The notes below the pieces were generated by a model. That model did no database searches. It was not told the DNA's origin and saw only the letters and a list, made by a program, of their open reading frames with translations. The position numbers and the translations under genes were made by a program. Of a DNA stretch of 64,000 bases, positions 1 through 13,188 are shown in pieces; within the stretch, counting starts at the first letter, position 1; every line of letters begins with the position of its first letter. The DNA is from Podarcis pityusensis. Its lineage: Eukaryota. The stretch lies in the NCBI GenBank assembly GCA_964106645.2, contig OZ067043.1, one strand, 5' to 3'.

Positions 1-205
1 AGATGCCTAGAAGCTAAAGAACAATATTCTCTTCAGGTCCATTACATCAGTTTCTGCAGTCTGTATTAACTGTACAGTCTGCTCCATTATAAGGGACAGG
101 TCTACACAACCTTTATATAAGTTTTGTTACATGTGTACTGTAACTTCTCAGTGGAGGAATATCCAAGCATCTCAGCTGAAGTAATATGATGCAGTGTGAC
201 ATGGC

Positions 206-1013
206 TAGTGATGTTAAATTCTCAAGAATAATATTTTGGAGGATATTCTCGATTAATGAGAATATTAAAGAATTTTCATTTAAAATAGAATATTCATTTT
301 AATGCATTGAAAATGATATAACTTTAATAATAATATTAATATATTTCAGTATGTCAATCTCTGGTAAATGGCACCTTGTACCATTGAATGGCACTGCAAA
401 AACCAGTTACTGGCACTAAATAAAAATACAGAAAGGTCAACTGTTTAAATCAAGGCCACCTTACATGCTGTTACACATAATTGTATAGGCCTAGGTACTT
501 TAAGTGANNNNNNNNNNNNNNNNNNNNNNNNNNNNNNNNNNNNNNNNNNNNNNNNNNNNNNNNNNNNNNNNNNNNNNNNNNNNNNNNNNNNNNNNNNNNN
601 NNNNNNNNNNNNNNNNNNNNNNNNNNNNNNNNNNNNNNNNNNNNNNNGAATTGCTAAGAATAAGGTCACACCAAAATAGAAAAAAGCCTATTACATATAG
701 TTGAAATACATATGAATTAAAATGTTCATAAAATTAAATGAATAGCATTTTTAAAACTAAAAACTAAAAAAAAGTTTTCTGTAGCTCACGTTTCAGAACT
801 GCCAGTGGTGAATGGCACAATGCCCAGTAATGTAACTGGATCAAAAAAATCATTATTCATTACTTACACTAGCAATAGCACAGCTTGACTTATTATTTAC
901 TAGATTTTTTAAATGTGCATTGTAAAACTGGTTCTTACATTAGAATTTACAGTTTGTGGAGAATATTCTCCAGAAAATTTTCTAGCAGAGAATATTCTCA
1001 TCTCACCTCACTA
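206..1013. mobile_element. non-autonomous hAT (Ac-type) DNA transposon spanning the first gap
   Basis: Termini TAGTGATG...CCTCACTA, subterminal GAGAATATTCTC-type palindromes, 8-bp TSD gacatggc/ggcatggc (198-205, 1014-1021). Confidence 0.6.
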
Positions 1014-1254
1014 GGCATGGCTATCTCTGCTGAATGGCAAAATACAAACTGAATTTCAAATTACAGAATTTGACTTCAGATGATATCATTTGGTCCAATT
1101 CTAAAAACAGAAGAAAATATCTTGTCTATCTATTGGCTCCGTGCCATTAAACCCATTCTGTAGTTGCTCAGCCACACAACAAGCAGAATCAAGCCTGTTC
1201 ATGCACCATGCAAAGTTAGAAAGTTCTGAGTACTTCAGAGTTCATACAATGTAC

Positions 1255-1453
1255 AGGGAAGGAGCATAGCTCAGTGATACAGCACATGCTTTTCATGCAC
1301 AGGCTCCCAGGTTCAGCCCCCAATATCTCCACATAGGGCTTGGAAAGACCACTGGCTAAAACCCTGGAAAGCCACTGACAATCGGCATTCTGGACAACAT
1401 TGAGCTTGATGGGTCATTGGTTTGAATCTGTAAATGGTAGCTTCCTATGTTCC
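1255..1453 (+). mobile_element. old tRNA-derived SINE with CR1-like 3' end (approximate)
   Basis: A-box-like tagctcagtg, B-box-like ggttcagccc, and tail gcttcctatgttcc. Related fragments near 8435-8597, 18285-18465 and 51075-51215 (-). Confidence 0.6.
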
Positions 1454-1958
1454 AAAAGAGAATGAAACACTTACCTATAACACTATAATTTCCACATACA
1501 TTTTGCAGTGTATTTTGCACTACAGTTTTTTTCATATATGGTGTCTAATCTGTGTATATAAAGATGCTTTGAGACTCGCTCCCCACTGCCAGGCATGTTA
1601 TGAAGTTAATTTGGCAACATCTAGAAAGTTGAAATTTGTTGTGTGTATCCATCACAAGTTGGAAAAATGTGACATTGTTATGGCTTCAGTCTGAATTTCA
1701 TGTCATAAGTGGACCTCAGAATAAGTGTACTGAGAAAGCAAGCCAATTTTATTAATTTGTTCCAAATTCTTTCTACTGCATTTGCAGCATTCAGGGTGAT
1801 TTACAAGAGTTGGATTTCTATAAGGAAGTTAATTTACAATCAACAACCATAATAAACAGCAGTACAGTTGGACGTGGAATGGAGTAGGAGTTTCCCCTTC
1901 TGCAATTGAAGTTTCCTCTGTGAGGAATGGGATTTGTTGTGGCATGGGGCAGAGCAGT

Positions 1959-2431
1959 CTTCACGGCCTAGGACCCTCATACCTACAGGACCGCCTCTCC
2001 TGGTATGCCCCACGGAGAGCCTCAAGGTCCATAAATAACAACACCCTAGTGGTCCCAGGCCCTAAGGAAGTTAGATTGGCTTCAACCAGAGCCAGGGCCT
2101 TTTCAAGTCTGGCTCCGGCCTGGTGGAACGCTCTGCCTCATGAGACCAGGGCCCTGCAGGATCTGATTTCTTTCCGCAGGGCCTGTAAGACAGAGTTGTT
2201 CCGCCTGGCCTTTGGCTTGGAGCCAATTTGATTCCCTCCCTCCCTCTCTTTCTTTTTTCTTTTCCTTCTCCTCCTGCGATGAGGCTACATTTTAATATTT
2301 TAATGTTCCATTATTTTAATGTTGTATTTTATTTTTGTTTTTAAGTTGTAATCATTCATCTTGTTTTTATTATTGCTTGTAAGCCGCTCTGAGCCCGGCC
2401 TTGGCTGGGGAGGGCGGGGTATAAATAAAAA

Positions 2432-2471
<40 letters not shown>
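1959..2471 (+). mobile_element. L2-type LINE 3' fragment with (TTA)n tail
   Basis: Translates to LHGLGPSYLQDRL...RAFSSLAPAWWNALP...FRRACKTELF (L2 ORF2 C-terminus), followed by a 3' UTR and microsatellite tail. Confidence 0.8.
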
Positions 2472-2474
<3 letters not shown>

Positions 2475-4146
2475 CCTCTAGTTGCTGGAGGCGGTTTGGA
2501 TGGGGGGTCCATCTGCCCAGCCCCACTTACACATCAATGTGCCTTCCTAAATGGCAGGCAGGAAGGAACTGCTACCAACAGCATGCATAGCTGTAATAGG
2601 CAGTGGAAACCACCTAAATAGGGTATTTGTGGGGCAAAGTTAGCCCAGGATCTACTGGATCCTGCACTGACCCTGCTGCTGTCACATGATGACAGCAGGC
2701 CTGATACAAGCCTCTTCCTTGCATCAGTAAGAGCTGGTGGAGCAAATGGTTATTTCTCCCAACTTCTGCCCCAGTTGGCATGAGTGCTTTGGGCTGCTGA
2801 AATAGCAGTGACTACACTGCCTATCAAGCCTTGCAGTTGCCAGTCTGAGAGTCTGGTTGATCCCAAAGTCTGAAAATGGGACAAGTAACATGCACGTATG
2901 CATCTGCTTTATGCACAATTATACCAAAGGTCCATCTAGCACAGTACTTTCTATTTTGGGCAGTATCTCATTGTGGTTTTTGATTTTGCCCTCCCTTCTG
3001 AGATTCGTTTTAAACGGAGAAAGCAGAGAATAAACCAGGGGCTTCATAGGAAAACACATTATCTACCACAGAGCAACAATGTCTTCTTCCTGTGGCAGAC
3101 AGGACTACAGTGATACATTCTTGCAGCATGCAGTATTGTACAGTACATATTCAAGCAAGTGACTGACGTAACCACCAGTTTCTAAATATTTTGTGTGCAA
3201 AACCTAATTGGATTGTGCTTCTTAGTTGCTGAGAGTTTATCAGAACTTGAGACAAGCTGCCATCTGATGACTGACTAGGAAGAAATATGGGTGCCATCAG
3301 AACCATTTCTAAAGACTGTGCACAAGTGTTTTATGTTTTGCATTTTTGTCAGCAACTATTTGTGTATGGAGTTGTAAAGATTTTTGTTTGTCAGCAGCTG
3401 GCAATCTATTGGCACTCAGCAGGCTAATCTTCTGCCTTTAGGTCTTCAGGGGCTCAGATGTCAAAATTTGCCACCACGCTAAAATTGGATTGGATCTCAT
3501 ATTTACCCTTTTCAAAAATCCACCAGGCTAGATAAACCCATTAATCTGCATAATAATAATTTGTAATCTGTAGATAATCTCATTTATCAACTAGAGTATT
3601 TTCAAACTGTATGACATATGTGGAAATTATTCTGCTGAGTGCTTTTTGGAGGTAGCTGTTGCAAACCATTACATTCTGATGCATAAATGTGCAGTGGGCA
3701 AAACAACCCAGACCAGAAAAAAATATTTTGCACATCCCATTTGCTATGATAATGTGGATATGCAGATTATTTTTGGAACTAAATATTTACATATTGGGTT
3801 TTGCTTCCCTTCCTTGTATGCATTTGCTGCACCCATCAGCTTAAACAAATATGAGAGTTATATGTAATTGTCTCTTGTCCTGACTCCTGAGAGGTACCAA
3901 GATTTGTGTGCTTCTTCAGGTTTGGACCCTTGTCCTGATATTTAAGCTATGATTATTTGAAAAAAAGAAGAAGTCTGTAATAGAAAAGTTTTTGTTGAGC
4001 CTTTTAGGAGCAGAAGTCCATACCCCTTAATGTACAGGTGCTTTAAAAAACAAACAAACTTGTCTGAGCCTTTGAGAGAGTACAAATATTTTATAGATAC
4101 CTAAATGGAATTGCTCTTTTTGGCTCTTGCTTATACATCATTAGAT

Positions 4147-4494
4147 GGGACATGGGTGGTGCTGTGGGTTAAACCACAGAGCCTAGGGCTTGCCCATCAG
4201 AAGGTCGGCGGTTTGAATCCCTGCGACGGGGTGAGCTCCCGTTGCTCGGTCTCAGCTCCTGCCAACCTAGCAGTTTGAAAGCACGTCAAAGTAGATAAAT
4301 ACGTACCGCTCTGGCGGGAATGTAAATGGCATTTCCGTGCACTGCTCTGGTTCGACAGAAGCAGCTTAGTCATGCTGGCCACATGACCCGGAAGCTGTAT
4401 GCCTGCTCCCTTGGCCCATAAAGCAAGATGAGTGCCGCAACCCCAAAGTCGTCTGCGACTGGACCTAATGGTCAGGGGTCCCTTTACCTTTACC
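4147..4494 (+). mobile_element. Sauria SINE (full length)
   Basis: tRNA-like head, gagctcccgttgctcgg core, (ACCTTT)n tail. 11-bp TSD tatacatcatt at 4132-4142 and 4495-4505. Confidence 0.9.
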
Positions 4495-4876
4495 TATACA
4501 TCATTGCACCTGTACGGTATATCCTTCCTGACAGACTCTCTTGGATGTTAGGAGCATCAGAGGAGGTCCTCTAGGTAGCTCTACTGCCCTCCGAAGTTGG
4601 GGGGTGGGGTTGATGCAGTAGAGGGAATTCTCTGTGGTATCTCCTAAGCTGTAAAACTCTTAAGTGACTTCTTTCCCCCTCTCTGGTTTAGTGGTGAATA
4701 ATTTTATTATGAAAATGAAATATATCATATAAGTGCCTCTAGGAAAATAACCTGCAAATTTTCAGAAGGATGTGGGTAGGGCTAGAGAGTTCAGGTCACC
4801 TTTAGGCCCTCTAAAGCAGACGAATGTTTACCATGGATCTCATCTCATAGAAAGCTGCTTTATAGAAGTATCTGAT

Positions 4877-5127
4877 GAGCCAGTGTGGTGTAGTGGTTAG
4901 GAGCGGTAGTCTTGTAATCTGGGGAACCGGGTTCGCGTCTCCGCTCCTCCACATGCAGCTGCTGGGTGACCTTGGGCCAGTCACACTTCTTTGAAGTCTC
5001 TCAGCCCCACTCACCTCACAGAGTGTTTGTTGTGGGGGAGGAAGGGAAAGGAGAATGTTAGCCGCTTTGAGACTCCTGAAGGGGAGTGAAAGGCGGGATA
5101 TCAAATCCAAACTCTTCTTCTTCTTCT
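4877..5127 (+). mobile_element. tRNA-derived SINE with (CTT)n tail (Squam3-like)
   Basis: A box gtggtgtagtgg, B box gggttcgcgtc, gggtgaccttgggc core, CTT tail, TSD tctgat. Near-identical copy at 41623. Confidence 0.8.
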
Positions 5128-7813
5128 TCTGATCAAATTGAGCTGAACATTATGAAGTCCTGCTTTCTTTAACTCAACCAATCTAATGTGGCAGCTCTGA
5201 GTGAAAACCCTTTATTTACTTAGAGCATCTATACTGTAATTTTTAGCCAAGGTAAGGCTATAAATAACACAGCATGGAATCATTTTGATTAATATAATTA
5301 AGTGGAAATGCTATTGTGAAAGAAGTACTGGTAGCTTGGTAAAGTTTATTCCTTGAAAAAATAAAAATAACTCTAGTGTCTGTATTCTGCTTAAGTGGAA
5401 TGCTGTACTTTCACCCCTGCTACGTAGCATTTTAATGGGACTGAGTTTGTTTCTAAATACTTGAATATTTGTGCTTGGGCATTCCTTGTTGCCAGGATGC
5501 CACTACCACTCTTTGTGTACTTTATACCATAATGCTAATTGTTGATTCAATTTATTTATAGTTACCATATTCATGTGTTAGAGGAGTCCTTCTTCCCCCT
5601 TGATTTACATGACTATAAAAACTACCCTGCAAGGTCTAAAAGATTTTAATAAGAAATGCAATTTTACTAAATTTCCACCATGGCTACCAGTGGCATTGTA
5701 AAAATGCATTAAAAGCATGACAGATATCTGTGAGTTGGCCATTAAAAGCAAACTCAAATATTCTCGCAAAAGTCTGATGAAGGATAATGTCTGATTAAAC
5801 AGAATATTCAAATATAGTTATTAAGAATATTTTGTGAACAAGCCCTGAATGCCTCCAGGAGCCCACCCAGTAATTTAGATTCATTATCTTCAACTTAAAG
5901 GAAGTTTTCAGGCAACACTGTTTGGATAATAGCTTGGCATTACTACTGGTTGAAATTTCTAGCAATTTGTTAGGTTTTTTTGTATGACAGCTGTTTTGGT
6001 GTATTTATCTGTACATCATCCACTGCCTAGCACAATTATATGTAGATTAGAAGCCCTCCCTCCCTGCTGCTGAAGAGATACTGGGGTAGAGGGTGCATGA
6101 GGAATGTTTTGGATCTGCCTTCTCAGAAAAGCATGTTGCAAAAGATTGTAGCAGAATATTTTATCTGGGCTGTACCATGTCAGACTGCTCTCACATTATT
6201 GAATCTTCCTCCAAAGCCCACCCACACTCCGTCCATATAAAATTAACTTGTCTGGGAGAAGGCTATGTTAGAACTCTTTCCTTTCACATCTAGTTTTTTT
6301 GAACATATGGATATATTTATTTTTGTTCATGGAAGAGCATTCATGTGAGTACCACCCCTTTCCCATATGACCTAGTATGAAAGCCCAGCATAGAATTTTT
6401 TTTACCAACCACAAGCCTGCAACCTATGTGGGTGTTATGTGGGGATTGCATCTAAAGCCAAAAGTGTGCATAGTCAAAACACTTTGGGTTCAAATGGCAG
6501 GTGAGATTGCCAAAGTATTTTTTTCTTGGATGGCCCCCTTTTAATTTTTTTGCCAAGTACATAAAGCTGAATCGGCACAAGTTAAATGTGTATAAGTTGT
6601 GGGCTTACTGTAGTTTGGAAAACTGTAGGCCTCTTGCACAGGATGGTTGACAAGAATCTTCCTGAGAAAGTGACTCCCTGCTTTCATCTGATGAGCCATG
6701 GCACAACCAAATGAATTTATTTTCTATGAGCTTCCTCAGATCTAACTTGATGCAGTCTTTTCTTGCTGACTAACGATCTAGAGTCTAGCCCTTTGTGTGT
6801 TACTCTCTGATGTATGTGTTTAAGGCCAACATTGTGTTTCTTTTTATTTGCAGGCCAACTTTTTAGTACTGCATCAAGTAAAAATCAAGGGCAGTTGATA
6901 CAGTTGATACAGTTTTCATACATTAGTATCTGAAATACATGGTTCATTTTGTGTGTGTTGCATTAAATAACCCCAGTGTCAGAATAAGTATTGATCAGGG
7001 CTTTCACCCCACTGGACTTTTCCAACATGCAATAATTAGAACAATTTCTTCACACATTCTCCTCTGTAGTGTAAACTTGCAAGGGGCCTTTGTTTTTAAA
7101 TAGGAGAGCCCTTCACTGAATAAAAACTTGGTGTTTTTTGTCAACTTGCATTGACATTGCACATTCTGCCTGGATGGAATTTATTTTCCACTTCTGTCAA
7201 AATAAAAGCAATGGCCTGGAGTTAACAAACTCTGTGCTTGAACACATCTGAAAAAATTCCAGTACTACTTATCTCCCTGCCTGCATAGCCTGTGGCAAAA
7301 TGCGCATCTAGTCTTCACAGTTCACTACATAGCATGATTGCCAAGCATACCTAATGGCTGTCTTTGGTGCCCTGTGTAGCATATGTGTGCTACCTTATTT
7401 CTCACTTCATGGTCCTTCTTGGTAGTAGCACCCCCACCCTACAAAACTTCCTGCCCAGGGAGGCATGTCTAGCTAGTTTTGCTCATTTTCTAAAGGGTGA
7501 GAAGAGATGGGCCTTCCTGCAGAGTACTGGCATTGCAGGTTGGCCCTTGTGGTCTCTTCCTGCTTTCACTAATTTTATTAAATTTCTTCACCTCAAAGCA
7601 CACAAACCTGTTCCAGTGGATGTGAGTTTAAGCAAAAACAAAACAAAAACCTGTATATATCATACATCTAAAATACACAGCAATTGAGAAGCAATATACA
7701 TAAGACACATTCTGTAGTGACCATTGGCAAAGAAATAATTTTAAAAAGATTTTAGAACTTGTCTTCTTTCTGTAAAAAGGCCGTGACTAATTTAACCTTC
7801 GTTTTTCTTGCAG

Positions 7814-7948
7814 TGAACACCTACCTCTTCATGATGCAAGCCCAAGGCATCATGATTCGTGAAAACATGAGAACAATAGGAGCTCAGGTTTATGAACAGG
7901 TGGTCCGCAGTGCCTATGCCAAGAGGAACAGCAGTGGGAATGACTCAG
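7814..7948 (+). CDS. B4GALT5: beta-1,4-galactosyltransferase 5, coding exon 2 (135 bp)
   Basis: Flanked by ttttcttgcag and gtatgt. Encodes (V)NTYLFMMQAQGIMIRENMRTIGAQVYEQVVRSAYAKRNSSGNDS, matching the B4GALT5 stem. The AQVYEQV segment distinguishes it from B4GALT6. Confidence 0.97.
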
Positions 7949-10900
7949 GTATGTTTAATAAACCTTTCTCCTAAGGTAAAAAAGACCGTCTCAGGTAGGA
8001 GTGGGGAACTTCCCTTTGTCTGACCTTATCCCAAGAATCATTGAACAGCTTTTAGACACAGTAGACTGAAAGCTGTCGCATTGAGATTTCCAGTGGAACC
8101 AGTGTATGATAGTGGCATTTATAAGGATACTGAAGTACCTTGTTTTCTGTTTGAATATCTCGGATAGTAATCATCTATGTTCCTGACTTGAATTTTAACC
8201 TCATAAGCTTTACTCTGATTCGATTACGGGGCTGTTACTAATATATACTAATAATACACTTTACTTAACTAACACTGTTTCTACTATGACCTGAATAAAA
8301 TGCCTATTCCCTATGTTTAATGAACTTACATATGGTGCCAGTAGTTCAGCTGCGCATTATAGCTCTCTTCTCAGCTGGGCATCTATTTAATACATTGGAT
8401 CTGTCAGAGGTCTTTTTTCAAATGTTACGCCTAGGGTACACAGAATGTCCCAGGTTCAATCCCCGGCATCACCAGGCAGGGCTGGCAAAGATTACCTACC
8501 TGAAACCCTGGAGAGCTGCTGCCAGTCAATGTAGACAATACTGAGCAAGATGGACCAATAGTCTGGCCTAGTATAAGGCAGCTTCCTGTGTTTCTATGAA
8601 AAAACCCCAGAAGTGATTCTGCAGTTTATGCCATCTTCTGGATGGTTACCCAAGTCACTTAGTAGTCTTACCAGTAGCCCACTGCACAGTGATTTTGCCT
8701 GCTGATGACACAGTTGACACTCTTCTGTCTCAAATACATAGCCAAATAACATTTTTGATCACTGCTCATTGCTATATGAACAGTTCACACTGAATGAGCT
8801 AAAGTGGACAACACATTAGCCTTGTTTGCACATCATACTATGTTATAGTACAGAACAAACATGGTTTTTTATATGAACCAGCCTCATGCTTGTGTATGCA
8901 AGTCTAGCTGTGGGAACAAACTCAATAGTTTCTTTTCTGGACCTGGTCTCCATTTGTGGACCCTTAGAAGGATGCCTGTAGTCAGTTAAATAACAGTATC
9001 TCAACTTGAGTGCTCATTATCTACAAGAAGGTATAGCCTACCTTACCTTTAGGCCAAAAGGTCATTGGAAACCTGTTAGTTTGACTCATTCTGAAACCTA
9101 GGAAAAGCCATCTAGTTTCACTACATTCCCAGAACATTGAGCAAGTATGGGGAGAAGTAGGCTCATTGTTTCTGCACTAAATGATGATGATGATGCAAAA
9201 AGCAAAGCAGATATACAACCAGAAAATTCTGTTTACCTTACATGTCTATTTGTTCAAAGTCCTAGGCTGTTCAAATACTCTGAGCTGGAATTAGGTACTG
9301 CATTGGTCTTCTCATTGCTGTTAGTGTTATATTGAACCCCAAACCATCAAGCATACATTCATAGAAATTGTCATCATTTTGGGCTGACACACAACCCTTG
9401 AATCACAGTTGGTTGCAAAATCAACTTGGTCTCATTTGTTCAGTATTGTTTGGCAATAATAATGTCATTTTAATTTCCATTTAACTACCACACCCAAGAG
9501 GTGGAAACTACTGCAGATTTTCTCTTTCTGGGAGGACAAGTGAAGGAGGAGCTCTGTAAGATATGGATTTCCCTATGCATATGGGAAGAAGGAACCTTTA
9601 ATAACCTTATACATCTGTCACAGTTTTTTAGATTACACAACTAAGCCAGTCATCTTTGTAAATGCCAGTTGTCTCATTTTCCTAATGCTATTTTTAGATG
9701 GCTTGAGGAAGTTATGAAACCTGGCATGCAATCCAGGCAATTGGTCCAAGGGTTCTTTGGTACTAGGATGCACTATTGATGTTGTATTTTGGGAGGGACT
9801 GTCATTCAGCTACATTTGAATAATCCACATACCTTTCAGTAGTTTTCTCTTTTTACCTGTGGAGAAAAGACAAACAAGCTAAAACTTAGGAGAATGGTAG
9901 AATTGCAGTGAGTATGAGTGGAGTGAAGGTTTATCTTATTTATGGAAAGAGCATAAGAACCCTGCCAGATCAGGCCAAAGACCCTGTCTAGTCTAGTATC
10001 ATGTTCTCACAATGGCCAGTCAGATGTCAATGGGAACCTGGAGGCAGAAGCTGAATGCAGCAGCTCTGTGCAAGATCCCAGTAATTAAATGAAGCTTCTG
10101 CTAGTAGTACTACTATTGAACTCTCTAGCATTTTTCAGTGTGTTAGCAGGGAACCCTGTGCTATACTAAAATAGTAACATTCATGAAAAGCATGACGAGT
10201 AGAACAAAGCAAGCAGAAATACAACATGTACTTGCCTGATTTTAATAGAAATTTGTTTATTTAAATATGGCAATGACCATAACAAATGGCTCATCCAGAT
10301 GCTAATAGTGTCCTCTGGATTGTCATTGCTGATTTGCATGTCAGCTTCTGTTGTATTATGTTCCAATACAATAAGCTTTATGACTGCTGACCTTTATGGC
10401 ATGAGTTGAAATGATGGAGGGGTAATTTTTAATGTTAGACTATAATTGCAATACCTTTTCTGTCTTAACTTTGCAGGCCCTACTGACTCACTTGATAGCT
10501 TGGGGCTACTGAATTATTCCCTGAAAATGCAAATAAGCACTTGTGACTTGACATTTCATTTAAAAAAAAATGCTCTGTGAATTCTTCAACTGACTGGGGG
10601 GGGGAAGGCATAACTTACAGCCCTTGGACAGAGATGGAGTTAGGGGGAAAAACCAAATAGATGGAGAAGATTAGGCAGAGAGGCACAAGGCTGTACCTGT
10701 GCTATTGTCCTATTGTCCCCAGAAGAACCTTGGGACATATTCCTGTTAAACCAAGAATACCATAACTGTGCATAGAATTTGCACAGCTTAAGATTCAGCT
10801 GCAGCATCCTGTAAAGCAATTTTTTTGTTTGAGCTAGGTGTCCGTAAGTGTCTTAGTAGATTCTTGTGGTTGAAGGGAACAAGGCAGTTGTAGGAGTCTG

Positions 10901-11287
10901 GTTTAGGGGAGCAAAGCCTACCTAACCAGATTAGATTTGGGCAAAGGATAACAGCCAGAACAGTTATTACATAGTTGAATTAATTTACTCTGTGCATCAC
11001 ATTTTTTCAAACTAATAATGAAAACTTATCTTTCAAGGCACAGAGGTTGTACAAAATGAGAGATGCAGCATGACAAACCTTAGAATGAGTGGCTGGAATT
11101 TTTCAAATGTATTAGAGAACTCTATGGCTTCTCTGGGAAAACACTGTCAGCAGTGCCTTAGTTGCTTTATAGATTTGTAACCCATTAATAACTCCATAGT
11201 TTTATTGCTTAATATAGAATTAATGCTAGGAACATGCTTATTTGTGTTGTATAGCACTTGATGGTGAAGCAGCGAAGTACTCTAAAT

Positions 11288-11537
11288 CATGGGTAGGCAA
11301 ACTAAGTCCCGGGGGCTGGATGTGGCCCAATTGCCTTCTCAATCCAGCCCGCAGATGGTCCAGGAATCAGCATGTTTTTACATGAGTAGAATGCGTGCTT
11401 TTATTTAAAATGCATCTCTGGGTTGTTTGTGGGGCATAGGAATTTGTTCATTCCCCCCAAAAAAATATAGTCTGGCCCCCCACAAGGTCTGAGGGTCAGT
11501 GGACCGGCCCCCTGCTGAAAAGGTTTGTTCACCCCTG
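11288..11537. mobile_element. hAT MITE (CATGGGTAGGCAAAC...CCCCTG family)
   Basis: Imperfect terminal inverted repeats (TIRs) and a perfect 8-bp TSD ctctaaat. Confidence 0.9.
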
Positions 11538-11637
11538 CTCTAAATGTTGTGGTTAGCAGCAGATATTGTTGATGAGTAAAAGAGCCTGCAAAGTTAATAG
11601 CATAAATAGCACTCTTTTCTCTCCTCCCACCTCCCAG

Positions 11638-11751
11638 ATTATCCTCTTGATTTGAACCACAGTGAAACATTTCTGCAAACAACAACTTTTCTTCCTGAAG
11701 ACTTTACATACTTTCCAAACCATACCTGCCCTGAAAGACTCCCTTCTATGA
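11638..11751 (+). CDS. B4GALT5: B4GALT5 coding exon 3 (114 bp)
   Basis: Flanked by ctcccag and gtaagt. Encodes DYPLDLNHSETFLQTTTFLPEDFTYFPNHTCPERLPSM. Phase 1-1. Confidence 0.97.
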
Positions 11752-12132
11752 GTAAGTACCGAAGGACTTGCAGAACAATTTGCCTTACTTTCTCATCACT
11801 CCTTTCATTTCGTAGCCCCTCATTATCTATGGGCTTAAGAGCCAGTTGGATGAGTAAGTAGGAGGTACTCTTTATTTTTGTGGTGTATTTGAAGTCTTCA
11901 TTGTTCTTCAAGAATTCTCAATTTTCTAGTAGTAATGAGTGCTTCACTGGTTGAGCGATTGAGAAGATTGTAACACTAATTCAGTCCAAAGATGAGATAG
12001 CATGTTCCATGTATTGCTGGTCTTAAAATACTCAGATTCAAACATGAACTCAGATAATTATGTTGAAGGACAAGGCTAGATACCACATTGAACATTTGCT
12101 GTGTGAGTCTCTTAAAAACTTTAAATGCAAGC

Positions 12133-12133
<1 letters not shown>

Positions 12134-12171
<38 letters not shown>

Positions 12172-12320
12172 CCTACCTTTTTCCCTAATGAGATTCAAGG
12201 TGGCTTACAGATAAAAACAAGTACAGCTAAAAACATAGAAAAATATATCATTAAAATACAATTAAACAGAGATAGAATTTAAACTATATACATATATAAA
12301 ATCTGTTTAAAACATACCAA
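12134..12320 (-). repeat. (TTA)n microsatellite with L2-like 3' tail remnant (approximate)
   Basis: TAT repeat followed by tcctacctttttccctaatgagattcaaggtggcttaca. Confidence 0.5.
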
Positions 12321-12461
12321 CAAGCCATGAGAGGGATAAGGATTGTAACCATGATAAGTGCAATTTTTTTTACAGCCTCCCATGTTGTTACCCTAAACCT
12401 GATGAGACAGTCTATCTGCTTAACACTTTACAGTTGAATTCAATGAAGCTTGAATTCAAAG

Positions 12462-12788
12462 CATGGGTAGGGAAAGTAAGGCCCAGGGGGCTGGATCCGC
12501 CCCAGTCACCTTCTAAATCTGCAGACAGTCCGGGAATCAGAGTGTTTTTACATGTGTAGAAAGTATCCTTTTATTTAAAATGCATCTCTGGGTTATCTGT
12601 GGGGCCTGCTTGGTATTTTTACATGAGTAGAATGTGTGCTTTTATTTAAAATGCTTCTCTGGGTTATTTGTGGGGCATAGAAATTCGTTCATCCCCCCCC
12701 CCCCCCCCAAAAAAAAAATAGTCCGACCCCCGACAAGGTCTGAGGGACAGTGGACCGGACCCCTGCTGAAAAGGTTTGCTGACCCCTG
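12462..12788. mobile_element. hAT MITE, same family as 11288, with internal duplication
   Basis: Perfect 8-bp TSD attcaaag. The block tttttacatg...tttatttaaaatgc...tgtggggc occurs twice. Confidence 0.9.
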
Positions 12789-13063
12789 ATTCAAAGTGTT
12801 GAACTTCAGCTGCATCATTCCTTTAATATGAGAAGTCAACGTTCTACAAAACATATTGAGCACACCTCAAAATCAATTATAACCCCATATATATATATAT
12901 ATAGAAATCAATTGCTTTTGACATACTGGGAGTTATGAAAATGTAAGAATTGAAATGTGCAGCAATATGATGGGGTAAAGAAATTCAAGAATTGTAAATG
13001 CATATTCTCAATCAGAGCTGTACTTGTTTTTTCTCATAACCTGCTTTTTAACTATGTACGCAG

Positions 13064-13188
13064 AGGGCCCTATTGATGTAAATATGAGTGAAATCAGTAT
13101 GGAAGAGATCCACCAACTCTTCTCTCAAGATCCTGCTATCAAACTAGGAGGCCACTGGAAGCCTAAAGACTGTTTGCCTCGTTGGAAG
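13064..13188 (+). CDS. B4GALT5: B4GALT5 coding exon 4 (125 bp)
   Basis: Flanked by cgcag and gtaata. Encodes KGPIDVNMSEISMEEIHQLFSQDPAIKLGGHWKPKDCLPRWK. Confidence 0.97.

Noticed and set aside
2361-2621. ORFs with poly-Leu, poly-Asn, poly-Tyr or poly-Ile runs (also at 12088, 37545, 48367)
   Set aside because: Translations of (TTA/AAT)n LINE-tail microsatellites.
4877-4950. tRNA gene-like A/B boxes
   Set aside because: They are SINE heads continuing into SINE bodies and tails.
1-7813. B4GALT5 exon 1, promoter or CpG island
   Set aside because: No exon encoding the cytoplasmic tail and transmembrane segment, and no CpG island. This stretch is intron 1.
11506-11520. CTCF-like GGCCCCCTGCTG inside the hAT MITE right end (also ~39291)
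   Set aside because: Partial match lacking the CC flank; not supportable without binding data.
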